Shown: positions 28,595 to 37,453, counted from the stretch's first letter. The stretch is 64,000 nt of DNA from Thermoplasmata archaeon (GCA_028864975.1 JAGWLG010000015.1:1-64000), one strand, 5' to 3'. Program-made: numbers and translations. Notes: generated from the letters alone by a model not told the origin.

Positions 28595-29952
28595 GGACTC
28601 CCTTCGTGGAGGGCACCGCCACCGTCCCTCGCTCGTTTCGGGTCCGGTCGGTACTCCCCCACGACCCCCGCTTGGCGGAGCGCCTTGCGCGCCGGTTCGG
28701 AGAGGCCGAGGATGCCGGAGAGCACCGCGTCGTTGTCCTGGCCCAGCCAGGGACCCCCACGCCAGACCCGCCCCGGGGTCCGGGAGAGCTTGGGAGCGAC
28801 CCCGGCGCCGCGCACAGGCCCCAGGACCGGGTCCTCCCATCCGAGCAACATCTCGCGGGCCCTGAACTGGGGATTCTCCGCGATCTCTTGCATGCCCAGG
28901 ATGGGAGCGAAAGCGACGTCGTTCTGAAGCCCCAGCTCCTCGAGGTCGTGGACTGACCTGGCGCGGGTGAACTCCCGGAGACGCAGATCGATCCGATCCC
29001 GGTCTGAGAGGCGTCCCTCCATGGTCCTCCAAGAAGGCTCCTCGGGGAGGCCTACTAGCGATCTCAGCTTCTCCCAGCTGAGGGGGGTGGGAGCCGCCAA
29101 GGCGACCCACCCGTCGCGTGCGGGATAGATTCCGTAAGGGTACAGTCGCGGGTGGGCGGCCCCGTGCCTCTGCCGGACCTCGCCCCGGGAGAAGTAGTCC
29201 ACCGCCATGTTCTCCATCATCAGGAAGAAGAGCTCGTAGGCGGCCACGTCCACGACCTGCCCTTCCCCGGTCCGCTCGGCGTGGTGGAGGGCCATGAGCG
29301 CCGCCGTCGCTGCGCCCAGGCCGGTCACGAGGTCATTGATCGCGGTCCCGCTCTGCATCGGAGGCTTCGGGTCGGGCTCTCCCTGGCAAGCGAGGTAGCC
29401 GCTCATCGCCTGGGCGATGAGGTCGTAGGACGCGCGCCGAACGTATCGTGGGTCGCCGGTCTGGCCGAAGCCGGAAACGTGGACGATCACCAAGGCGGGA
29501 TTGGCCTCGAGGACGGTCGCGTCGGAGAGACCCAACTTGTCGAAGGTCCCCGGGCGTGAGGCGTCGATCCAGATCTGGGAGCGCTCCAAGAGGTCGAGCA
29601 GCAGCTCGCGCCCCTTGGCGGTCGTCAGGTCCAGGCCGAGGGAGAGCTTGTTGCGGCCGTACTGGACCCAGGACTCGGAGACCTGTCCCGCGGAGGGGGC
29701 CCCGACCGGGAGGAGTGGGGGAAGCAATCGGGAAGGGTCGACGTAGGAAGGGCCGAACGGAGGTCCTTCCACGTGGACCACCTCGGCCCCAAAGTCGGCC
29801 AGGAAGGTGGCCGCCCAGGGCCCTGCGACCACCCGTCCGGTATCGACGACCCGCACATCTTGGAGGGGCCCGTAGACGGGTGGGACCCGCCGTTCCTCGG
29901 ACGGCGGGACGGACGCCCCGGCGCCCTTCGGGCTGGGGGCGGAGGCCACCAC
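28591..29952 (-). CDS. CaiB/BaiF family III CoA-transferase
   Basis: LQDVRVVD...AGPWAA.FLADFGAEV, GRNKLSLGLDL, HVSGFGQTG, D169-type catalytic Asp in AINDLVTG; GTG 29952 fits TTATCC ~25 nt upstream (ORF open to 29994). Confidence 0.9.
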   Translation of the reverse strand: MVASAPSPKGAGASVPPSEERRVPPVYGPLQDVRVVDTGRVVAGPWAATFLADFGAEVVHVEGPPFGPSYVDPSRLLPPLLPVGAPSAGQVSESWVQYGRNKLSLGLDLTTAKGRELLLDLLERSQIWIDASRPGTFDKLGLSDATVLEANPALVIVHVSGFGQTGDPRYVRRASYDLIAQAMSGYLACQGEPDPKPPMQSGTAINDLVTGLGAATAALMALHHAERTGEGQVVDVAAYELFFLMMENMAVDYFSRGEVRQRHGAAHPRLYPYGIYPARDGWVALAAPTPLSWEKLRSLVGLPEEPSWRTMEGRLSDRDRIDLRLREFTRARSVHDLEELGLQNDVAFAPILGMQEIAENPQFRAREMLLGWEDPVLGPVRGAGVAPKLSRTPGRVWRGGPWLGQDNDAVLSGILGLSEPARKALRQAGVVGEYRPDPKRARDGGGALHEGSP

Positions 29953-30054
29953 GCCTCGCGTGGGGACCCCCCCGGGATAATCCGGGAGGTTCACCGGTGC
30001 ACCTCGCGACGCTTATGGCCGAGGCCCGGTCCCCGTCCTCGGAGTCGGGAACGC

Positions 30055-30831
30055 GTGTCCGGTTCACCCTGGGACCTCTCCCCCAAGGAGTTCTGCGAGG
30101 AACTGGCCCGGTACAAGCTCGCCCACCACCCCTTCCGGACCCATCCTTTCTTCCGGGAGTGGGAAGAAGGCAAGCTTCCCCTTGACCACATCCGCGCCTG
30201 GGCGCCCCAGTTCTACGCCTGGCTCTGTGTGATTCCAAGAGCTTACGCGCTCCGGTTCGCCCAGCTTCCTTGGGACGACGCGCACGCGAAGTACCGCGAC
30301 ATGCTCCTCGAACACCTGACCGAGGAGGCCGGCTACCCTTCGGAGCAACACCGACCTCACCCCGAGCTCTTCCTGAACTTCTGCAAGGGGATCGGGCTGT
30401 CGCGCGAGAAGGTGCAGTCGACCCCCTGGCTCCCAGGGACCTACCTCGCGGTCGATGACTTCCTCTACGTCAACCACTACGAGCCGTTCTACGTCTCCGC
30501 CGCAGGGTCCTCCGAGCCCCCGAACGTCGAGCTCTGCGAGCGACTTCTCCCCACCCTTCGGAACGTCTACAAGGTCCCCGAAGCGAACCTCGAGTACTAT
30601 GTCATGCACGGGGAGCTGGACAAGGAGCATAGCCAGCTCGTGAACTCGATCGTCGCCGATTTCGCGGGAGAGGGCCCCCAGACACGCCGGAGGATGTGGG
30701 AGGCGATGTTGCGCGGGATCGGAGTGCACCAGGCCCTGGTCGATGGGGTTCTCTGGTCCCTCCGAGCCATCCCCCCGAGGTCTCTCAAAGCGAACATGAT
30801 CCCTCCCGCAACGCTGTCACGAACCCGTTGA
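30055..30831 (+). CDS. Heme-oxygenase-like diiron protein (PqqC/TenA/CADD-like)
   Basis: HPFF.EW.EG, EHLTEEAG....H.ELF, SE, YVMHGELDKEH ligand pattern; GTG 30055 after CTTATG promoter. Confidence 0.8.
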   Translation: MSGSPWDLSPKEFCEELARYKLAHHPFRTHPFFREWEEGKLPLDHIRAWAPQFYAWLCVIPRAYALRFAQLPWDDAHAKYRDMLLEHLTEEAGYPSEQHRPHPELFLNFCKGIGLSREKVQSTPWLPGTYLAVDDFLYVNHYEPFYVSAAGSSEPPNVELCERLLPTLRNVYKVPEANLEYYVMHGELDKEHSQLVNSIVADFAGEGPQTRRRMWEAMLRGIGVHQALVDGVLWSLRAIPPRSLKANMIPPATLSRTR

Positions 30832-30982
30832 TCTTCGGTTCTGGCACCTTCTCGACGTTCGCTGAACGGCCCAATCCCGACCCGGGGTCCGAGAAGAGGG
30901 CTCACTCCTCGGGCGGACCCTCCCCGGTGAGGGGGAACCGGCTTGACGCCACGTTCTCTCTCCAGGCCGGCGGGCCCGAGAT

Positions 30983-31474
30983 ATGTCGACGATCCAGGCG
31001 AAGGCGACATGGAAGGGAAGTTACGAGACTTGGCTGGAGGACGGAAGGGGTCACAGCGTCGGGGTCGACCTCCCTCACGACGAGGGGGGTTCCGACACCG
31101 GAACCTCCGCGCTCGAGCTTCAGGTCCTCTCTCTGGCGGGTTGCATCAGCACCATCTTCGCGCTCGTTGCGAAACGCCGTCGGCTCCGCTACCAGGGGCT
31201 CACGATCGAACTGGAAGCGCACCGCCCTCGTGGGGCCCCCACCGTGACGGCCGTGAATGGGACGTTCACCATCGAATCCGACGACGACCCGGGGGCCATC
31301 GACACGTCGCTGCAGATCACGGTCCGAACCTGCCCCGTGGGGGTCATCTACGAAAAGGCGGGGATCCCGGTCTCCATTCGGACCGTCGTTCGCCCGATGG
31401 TCGCCACCGCTCAGGCGGAGCGATCGGGCGTCCCCGCCGGGAACGGGCCCACCGAGGGGCCTGCTCTCACCTGA
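30983..31474 (+). CDS. OsmC-family protein
   Basis: DLPHDEGGSDTGTSALEL...LAGC and TCPV conserved Cys pair. Confidence 0.88.
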   Translation: MSTIQAKATWKGSYETWLEDGRGHSVGVDLPHDEGGSDTGTSALELQVLSLAGCISTIFALVAKRRRLRYQGLTIELEAHRPRGAPTVTAVNGTFTIESDDDPGAIDTSLQITVRTCPVGVIYEKAGIPVSIRTVVRPMVATAQAERSGVPAGNGPTEGPALT

Positions 31475-31564
31475 GCCGCCTGGAACGACTCCCGGGGGCC
31501 ACACGAAGGCGGGCTAACGCCTAATCTCCTCCGCCCCCATCGTAGGGAAGGCTCGACGCCCACC

Positions 31565-32356
31565 ATGGCGCCCAAGGACCTCTACCGGCTGCTGGGGGTG
31601 CCCTCCTACGCCTCCCAGGAGCGCATACGGACCGCCTACCGCAAGATGGTCCGCCGCTACCATCCCGACGTCTACCACGGGGACGCCGATGTGGCCCATG
31701 CCAACTTCCGAGAGCTCACGGAGGCGTACGATCTGCTCACCGACCCTTCCCGTCGGCGCGAGTACGACCGAAGGCGGGAGGAGGAACTGGCCGCAGCGGA
31801 GGTCCTCGACGCGGAGCAGCATCGTCGATGGCTGCACTTCCCTCCCCCCGAGACCTCCGCCACTCCCACCATTGAGGGACGCGGTGGCCTCCAGACCTTC
31901 CGTAAGGCCTTTCGCAAGGCGAACGAGCAGCGGCTCTCCCGCCAGGACATCTCTCGTAGGACGAAGCTCCTCCTGGTGGCGGGTTTCGCGACCTTCTGTG
32001 CGGTCCTTCTCCTTCTGGTTGCGGTCCCCGTCTCCCAGCCCTTCTCGTTCTCCCAGGCCCCGGCTCCCGGCTGTGGGAACGGAGGAGGGGCCACCTACCA
32101 GTTCCTTCGTGGGGACCGAGTCACCCTGGCGTGGACCGTCCTGTCCGGGAACTTCACGAACACTTCGACGCTGGACGTCCAAGTGACGGGCTCGGCAGGC
32201 ACAGTGTCCATGGAGAGCGAGGCGCTACCAGGTTCCTCCGGGACCTACTCCTTCGTGGCGGATGGGAACGCGTACCAGTTCGCCAGCTGCTATTGGGGGC
32301 GCGGCTCCATCTCCGAGGTCCAGTTCAGCGGGAACTTCGTGGGGCCTCTGGTCTGA
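31565..32356 (+). CDS. J-domain protein with TM helix and C-terminal beta-rich domain
   Basis: DLYRLLGV...IRTAYRKMVRRYHPD...AYDLLTDP.RRREYD; hydrophobic LLLVAGFATFCAVLLLLVAV. Confidence 0.85.
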   Translation: MAPKDLYRLLGVPSYASQERIRTAYRKMVRRYHPDVYHGDADVAHANFRELTEAYDLLTDPSRRREYDRRREEELAAAEVLDAEQHRRWLHFPPPETSATPTIEGRGGLQTFRKAFRKANEQRLSRQDISRRTKLLLVAGFATFCAVLLLLVAVPVSQPFSFSQAPAPGCGNGGGATYQFLRGDRVTLAWTVLSGNFTNTSTLDVQVTGSAGTVSMESEALPGSSGTYSFVADGNAYQFASCYWGRGSISEVQFSGNFVGPLV

Positions 32357-32409
32357 GCTCCCCTTGGGGGGGCCGGGGCCAACGCCGTTCTTGGCGGGGC
32401 GCCCGCGAC

Positions 32410-32832
32410 CTATGCGAGCGCGATGTCGAGCCGGTCGAGCAACGCCCGGACGTGCTCCGGACCGATCGGTTTCCGCAGGTAGGCCTCCACCCGAAGCCCC
32501 TGAGCATTGAGCTCCTCGAGCTCGGGAAGCGAGCCGGTCAGGACCACGACGGGCAGACTCGAGGTCTTCGGGCGCGAGCGGATCTCCCCCAGGAAGTCGA
32601 CGCCCGACATGCCGGGCAGGTGCAGGTCAAGGAACACGATATCGGGCAGGTTGTCTTCAGAGGAGGTGCTCCAGCGCTGCAGCAGCTCCAGAGCGGCCTC
32701 GCCCGAGGTCGCGGTCATACTGGAGACGTCCAGCCCGGACCGCTGGAACACCTCCTGCATGTAGCGAGCGTCTCCGGGGTTGTCCTCGACGAGCAGGACG
32801 TGGAGCTTCCGGGTCGATCCTAAGGTGGCCAT
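32410..32832 (-). CDS. Single-domain response regulator (receiver)
   Basis: LLVEDNPGD, VFLDLHLPGMSG, VVLTGS, LRKP. Confidence 0.92.
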   Translation of the reverse strand: MATLGSTRKLHVLLVEDNPGDARYMQEVFQRSGLDVSSMTATSGEAALELLQRWSTSSEDNLPDIVFLDLHLPGMSGVDFLGEIRSRPKTSSLPVVVLTGSLPELEELNAQGLRVEAYLRKPIGPEHVRALLDRLDIALA

Positions 32833-32983
32833 GTGCGACGAGTGACGGGGGCAAGCCGTCTAAGGAGTCCATGGAGGAGGGGATATAGGGGAGGCCCGTA
32901 TCCATGCGTATAGCTGACCGCCCGGCGCCGACCCCGGACTCCCGCCTACAAGCCTGAAATACGGTCGGAGGCTGGAGCCTTCG

Positions 32984-33052
32984 ATGACCATTCCGAGCGG
33001 AACAGCCAAGGCTGCGCGCGCGGGCGGTCGGTATTTCTGGTCCTGGTGGTGA
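32984..33052 (+). CDS. Putative attenuation leader peptide MTIPSGTAKAARAGGRYFWSWW (22 aa; below ORF-track cutoff)
   Basis: ATG 32984 preceded by GGAGG (32967-71) and GGAG (32974-77); codons TAT TTC TGG TCC TGG TGG TGA at 33032-33052; 107 nt upstream of the aro/trp operon. Confidence 0.85.
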   Translation: MTIPSGTAKAARAGGRYFWSWW

Positions 33053-33159
33053 GCGGAGGCGCCGAACCGGCCTCCTCCTCAGCGTCCACCAAGACTTGAT
33101 GAGCAGGACGGTCCGGTACCTCCCTCGCCTCTCCGGGAACGGAAGGAGAGAAGGAACGG
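33023..33159 (+). promoter_or_regulatory. Putative attenuator RNA with alternative helices; one helix covers the SD of the first operon gene
   Basis: 33044-60 pairs with 33070-91 or with 33119-29; 33129-34 CTCTCC pairs with GGAGAG 33145-50; no U-tract. Confidence 0.62.
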
Positions 33160-33918
33160 ATGAACGGCAAGGAGCTGCGCCTGCGTCGACTCTTCCCTAG
33201 CCCACGGGCCCGACTCTTTGCGGTCCCCTTGGACCACAGCTTGTCGGTCGGACCCATCGAGGGGCTCCGCCAGTTGGAGCCTACGGCGCGATCGCTCCAG
33301 GAGGGCGGCGTGCGCTGCCTCATCGTTCACAAGGGGGGGGTTCGGACCATCGCCGCCTCGCTCATGCCCTCCACCCTCTTGGGGGTCCACCTCTCCGCCT
33401 CGACCTCCCTGGCCCAGGATACGGGGCGGAAGCGGATCGCAGGGACGGTCGCGGAAGCGGTCCGACTCGGCGCGGACCTGGTGAGCGTTCAGGTCAACTT
33501 TGGGGACCCGGCAGAGGGCGAGATGCTGGAGGACCTCGGGCACATGGCCGAGGAGTGCGAGGCGCTGGGGATGCCGCTCCTCTGCATGACCTACGTCAGA
33601 TCGAAGGGCAAGGAGATCGAAGAGGCGGCGCTCGCCCACGCGTGCCGGGCCGCCGCGGACCTGGGGGCCGACGTCATCAAGACCAACTTCCCGAGCTCCC
33701 ACGGGTTCCGCAGGCTCGTAGAGAGTACCCCCGTGCCCGTCCTCGTGGGGGGGGGGCCGAAGCTCGACCGGGAGGAGGACCTCCTCCAACTCGTCCGAGA
33801 CGCGACCGAAGCGGGTGCGCGAGGCATCTGCATCGGGAGGAACCTGTTCCAATCGTCGGACATTGTCGCGACCGCTCGCAAGGTCGCTTCGACGCTCGAC
33901 GGGGTCGCCAAGGGCTGA
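33160..33918 (+). CDS. aroA': 2-amino-3,7-dideoxy-D-threo-hept-6-ulosonate (ADH) synthase, class I aldolase (MJ0400-like)
   Basis: VPLDHS, AVRLGADLVSVQVNFG, GMPLLCMTY, ADLGADVIKT (Schiff-base Lys), GRNLFQ; first gene of an aro cluster. Confidence 0.87.
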   Translation: MNGKELRLRRLFPSPRARLFAVPLDHSLSVGPIEGLRQLEPTARSLQEGGVRCLIVHKGGVRTIAASLMPSTLLGVHLSASTSLAQDTGRKRIAGTVAEAVRLGADLVSVQVNFGDPAEGEMLEDLGHMAEECEALGMPLLCMTYVRSKGKEIEEAALAHACRAAADLGADVIKTNFPSSHGFRRLVESTPVPVLVGGGPKLDREEDLLQLVRDATEAGARGICIGRNLFQSSDIVATARKVASTLDGVAKG

Positions 33919-33929
33919 GGGAGCAACGC

Positions 33930-34964
33930 ATGGACCGACAGAGGATCGTCCTGGAGCTCGAGGCGGGCGAGGCCGGCGAACGGCTTCGTGGGTACGCCGA
34001 ACGACGCGGGTTCCACCGGTTCCTCCTTGCGGTCGGCGCAGCGAAGTCCACCCTGGTCGGACGTGAGGTCGTCCTGCGCAAAGGGACCGCTCTTCGATTC
34101 CCCGGTGGGGGAGGGGAAGGCGAGGTGCTCCGGGTGGCCCGCCCTGCGGACCTCGAAGGGGTGCTTCGGGCGCTTCAGGCCCGGCCCCTGGTCCTGGTCG
34201 AATTCGATCGCGAGCGGGTCATCCCTCTGGAGAATCTCATCGCCATGCGGCAGACCGCGGGGGAACACGCTCCGGGGGCCCTTTGGGTCCGCGCCCAACG
34301 TGCCGAGGAAGTGCCGGGCCTCCTAGGTGCCCTGGAGCATGGTTCGGACGGAGCGGTCGTGGCCGTCTCGGTGACGGAAGAGATCGACCGGCTCGAGGCC
34401 CACATCGATCGCCCCCGACTCGAGCTCTCCTGGAAGATCGCCCAGGTCGCACGCGTGACGCCCGGGGGGATCGGGGAGCGCGTGGTGGTCGACACGACCA
34501 GTCTGCTTGCCGAGGACGAGGGGATGCTCGTGGGGAGCCAGGGTGCGTTCCTCCTCCTGGTGGCTTCCGAGGCGCAAGGGTCGCGCTACACGAGACCCCG
34601 ACCGTTCCGCGTCAACGCGGGAGCGGTGCACTCCTACACGCTGCTCGCCGATGGAACGACCCGCTACCTTAGCGAACTGGAGGCCGGGGACCGCGTGGTC
34701 GTGGCCCGGCCCCGAGGAGACGCGAGGAGCGTCCGCGTCGGTCGGCTCAAGATCGAGCGTCGCCCCTTCACCCTGGTCGAGGTCAAGGTGGGCGCCCGTC
34801 GCTACACCCTCTTCCTCCAGGAGGCGGAGACGGTGCGCCTGACCACGCCCAAGGGTCCCAAGCCCGTCCCGGAGCTCTCGATACGCGACCGCTTGCTGGG
34901 GGTCGAACTTCCCGCCGCACGCCACTTTGGCATGGCCGTGCACGAGACGATCCTGGAGCGCTAG
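33930..34964 (+). CDS. aroB': 3-dehydroquinate synthase type II (MJ1249-like)
   Basis: GERVVVDT, EGMLVGS, RPFRVNAGAVHSY, YLSEL, VGRLKIERRP, RHFG; true start ATG 33930. Confidence 0.95.
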   Translation: MDRQRIVLELEAGEAGERLRGYAERRGFHRFLLAVGAAKSTLVGREVVLRKGTALRFPGGGGEGEVLRVARPADLEGVLRALQARPLVLVEFDRERVIPLENLIAMRQTAGEHAPGALWVRAQRAEEVPGLLGALEHGSDGAVVAVSVTEEIDRLEAHIDRPRLELSWKIAQVARVTPGGIGERVVVDTTSLLAEDEGMLVGSQGAFLLLVASEAQGSRYTRPRPFRVNAGAVHSYTLLADGTTRYLSELEAGDRVVVARPRGDARSVRVGRLKIERRPFTLVEVKVGARRYTLFLQEAETVRLTTPKGPKPVPELSIRDRLLGVELPAARHFGMAVHETILER

Positions 34965-34967
34965 GAG

Positions 34968-36560
34968 ATGGGAGCGCGGGACCACGCGATCGACCCCGAG
35001 GTCCTCGCCCCCCGGCCCGGACATCCGCTCCTCGTGGCGACCCTCCCTGGCCGGAAGGCGGAGGACCTTCGAACCGAAGTGCAGCAAGCTGCCGAGGCTG
35101 GCGCCGACCTGGTCGAGTTCCGCCTGGATCGGTTGTCGCGGGGAGAGGTGGGGAGGCTCGAGAGGGTGCATGAGCTGCCGCTCCTGCACCCTTGGGTCCC
35201 CGCGATCGCCACGCTGCGCTCGAAGGCCGAAGGGGGAGAAGGCCCGGACGACCTCCCCTCGCGCCGTAAGCTCGTCCTGGAGGCCCTCGACTCGCTTCCG
35301 TTCAGTTTCGTCGACCTCGAGGTCGCGCGCGATCTGCCGATGCGGGAGGAGCTCCGGAGCGCGGAAGGCCGCCGGCTCGGGGTCGTGGGCTCGGCCCACC
35401 TGCCCGCCGGGACCCCTACGGAGAAGGCGGTCCGGACCCTTCGTGCGGCGATGCAGGGGAACGAGGTGGCCAAGGTCGTTCTCCCGGCTCCCGCGGGCCA
35501 GGTGGTCCGAGAGATCCTCCCGGCCCTGGAAAGTTTCCGAGGCTCTCCCTATGTTTGTCACACGACCGGGGGTGCCGGGTCGCTGCTCCGTGTCCTCGCG
35601 CCACGCCTCGGGATGGCCTGGGTCTACTGCCGCCTACCGGGCGACCGCGGGGTGGCGGAGGTCGAACGCTCTCAGGTCCCCCTCGATCGGATGCGGCGCT
35701 TCATCAACTCCGGTCCGGAGGCCCCCTGGATGGCGGTCGTCGGGAACCCTATCGGCCACACTCTCTCCCCCGACCTTCAGGCCTCCTTCCTGAAAGCGAC
35801 CCATACCGAGGGCATCTACGTCGCGCTCGAGCTCACGTCCGAGGAGGAGTTCATGACCGTCCTCCCGGCCCTCCGACGCTACGGGCTGCGGGGGGTGAAC
35901 GCGACCCGTCCGTTCAAGCGGGCCGCGTATCAGCTAGCCAAGGTCCGTAGCGAACACGCCAGCGCTAGCGCGGCGGTGAACACGCTCGTCGCGGACCCTG
36001 CCGATCCTACGGGGTTCCGTGGGCACAACACGGACGTCTCCGCCCTGCTTCGCTGGTGGGGAGAGCTCGAGAAGGCGGGGACCCCGCTGGACCGGGTCCT
36101 GGTGGTGGGGACCGGGGGGGCCGCGCGCGCGGCGGTGCTCGCGAGCGTCCTTCACGGAGCCCAGGTCTTCGTCCTGGGCCGCCGCCCCGAGCGGGTCCAG
36201 GAGCTGGTCCATGACTTCCCTCCCGAGACGGTGCACGCGATCCCGCCGGGGTCCCTGCGAGAGTTCCCGCTCGTCGTCCACGCCACCCCCGTGGGCCAGG
36301 AGGGGGAGGAAGGGGGGGTCCTCGAGGTCCCCCTACAACGTGCTCTCGGAAGCGGAAGCCTCTTGGTCGACCTCGTGTACCGCCCTCGAGCGTCCACCGT
36401 GCAAGACCTGGTGAAGGCCCCTGGCGCCCGCTACGTCGACGGGATGCGGATGCTCGTTTACCAGGCTGCCGAAACCTTCCGTCTTTTCACCGGGACCCAG
36501 GTCCCCGACCGTCTGGTCGAGGAGTGGGTAGCCCCCGCTGCCGAGGGGGTGGCGGCATGA
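34968..36560 (+). CDS. aroDE: Bifunctional type I 3-dehydroquinate dehydratase / shikimate dehydrogenase
   Basis: N: GADLVEFRLD, ATLRSKAEGG, SAH, VAKV. C: GNPIGHTLSP, AVNT, GHNTD, GTGGAARA, DLVYRP, DGMRMLVYQA. Confidence 0.92.
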   Translation: MGARDHAIDPEVLAPRPGHPLLVATLPGRKAEDLRTEVQQAAEAGADLVEFRLDRLSRGEVGRLERVHELPLLHPWVPAIATLRSKAEGGEGPDDLPSRRKLVLEALDSLPFSFVDLEVARDLPMREELRSAEGRRLGVVGSAHLPAGTPTEKAVRTLRAAMQGNEVAKVVLPAPAGQVVREILPALESFRGSPYVCHTTGGAGSLLRVLAPRLGMAWVYCRLPGDRGVAEVERSQVPLDRMRRFINSGPEAPWMAVVGNPIGHTLSPDLQASFLKATHTEGIYVALELTSEEEFMTVLPALRRYGLRGVNATRPFKRAAYQLAKVRSEHASASAAVNTLVADPADPTGFRGHNTDVSALLRWWGELEKAGTPLDRVLVVGTGGAARAAVLASVLHGAQVFVLGRRPERVQELVHDFPPETVHAIPPGSLREFPLVVHATPVGQEGEEGGVLEVPLQRALGSGSLLVDLVYRPRASTVQDLVKAPGARYVDGMRMLVYQAAETFRLFTGTQVPDRLVEEWVAPAAEGVAA

Positions 36561-37453
36561 GCGCCGCAGGTCCGGTGACGATGGGGCCGACGCTTCGTGA
36601 CGGCGCCTGGGGCGCCATCTCCTTCCTGAACGCGATCCCCCAGGGGATCGGCTGTGCCGCCGCGATCTCCCTTCCCGTCACGGTCGAGGTCCAGTACGTC
36701 CCGGCTCCGCCGCAGAGCAAGCCCTGGCTCGACACCACCGAGGGGGAGGCGACCCCGCTCCTGCGCTGGACCCTGGACAAGGTCTACGAGAGCGTTCCCG
36801 TCCCTCCCATCTACAAGTTCCATGTGGCGGTGAGGTCGGGGGTTCCCCCCCAAAAGGGCCTCAAGAGCTCCTCGGCGGTCTCCGTCGCCCTCGCGCGGGC
36901 GCTGCGTCGGGTCCTAGGCCAGAGCCCGACCCCTGCGGAAGTCGCCACGCTCTCCGCCAAGGCGGCCCTGGCGGCGGGGGTCTCGGTCACCGGCGCCTTC
37001 GACGACGCGCTCGCGTGCGCCATGGGCGGCGTGGTGGTCGCTGACGTCCGGGCGCACTGGCAGATGCTCTCCACCGAGGTCCCTTCGGGACTTCAGGCCC
37101 TCCTCTGGATACCGGAGACCACCCGCCCCGACCTTGCGAAGCGGAGCTCCGAGCTGAGGGCGCCCGACATGAACGCCAAGGAGGCGGTCCGCCTCGCGCT
37201 CCGGGGCGACTATCTCAAGGCGATGAAGTACAACTCGCTCGTCGTGGAGCGGGCGTTGGGTTACGATTACGCCAAGTTACGCGAGGCCGGGCTCACCAAG
37301 GGAGCGCTGTCGGCCGGGGTCACCGGGAACGGTCCGGCGGTGGCCTTCGTCTGCCCCCGGGAGCTGACCCCGCAGGTGGCCTCCGCCCTACCATGGCAGG
37401 GCGCGAAGCTGCTCACGGCGGAGTTCGTGCGCCCCGGGGTGGTGCCCGCGTGA
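36557..37453 (+). CDS. aroK: Archaeal shikimate kinase (GHMP family)
   Basis: GAISFLNAI..GIG, PPQKGLKSSSA, SVTGAFDD, AGVTGNGPA; ATG 36557 (ATGA overlap). Confidence 0.93.
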   Translation: MSAAGPVTMGPTLRDGAWGAISFLNAIPQGIGCAAAISLPVTVEVQYVPAPPQSKPWLDTTEGEATPLLRWTLDKVYESVPVPPIYKFHVAVRSGVPPQKGLKSSSAVSVALARALRRVLGQSPTPAEVATLSAKAALAAGVSVTGAFDDALACAMGGVVVADVRAHWQMLSTEVPSGLQALLWIPETTRPDLAKRSSELRAPDMNAKEAVRLALRGDYLKAMKYNSLVVERALGYDYAKLREAGLTKGALSAGVTGNGPAVAFVCPRELTPQVASALPWQGAKLLTAEFVRPGVVPA

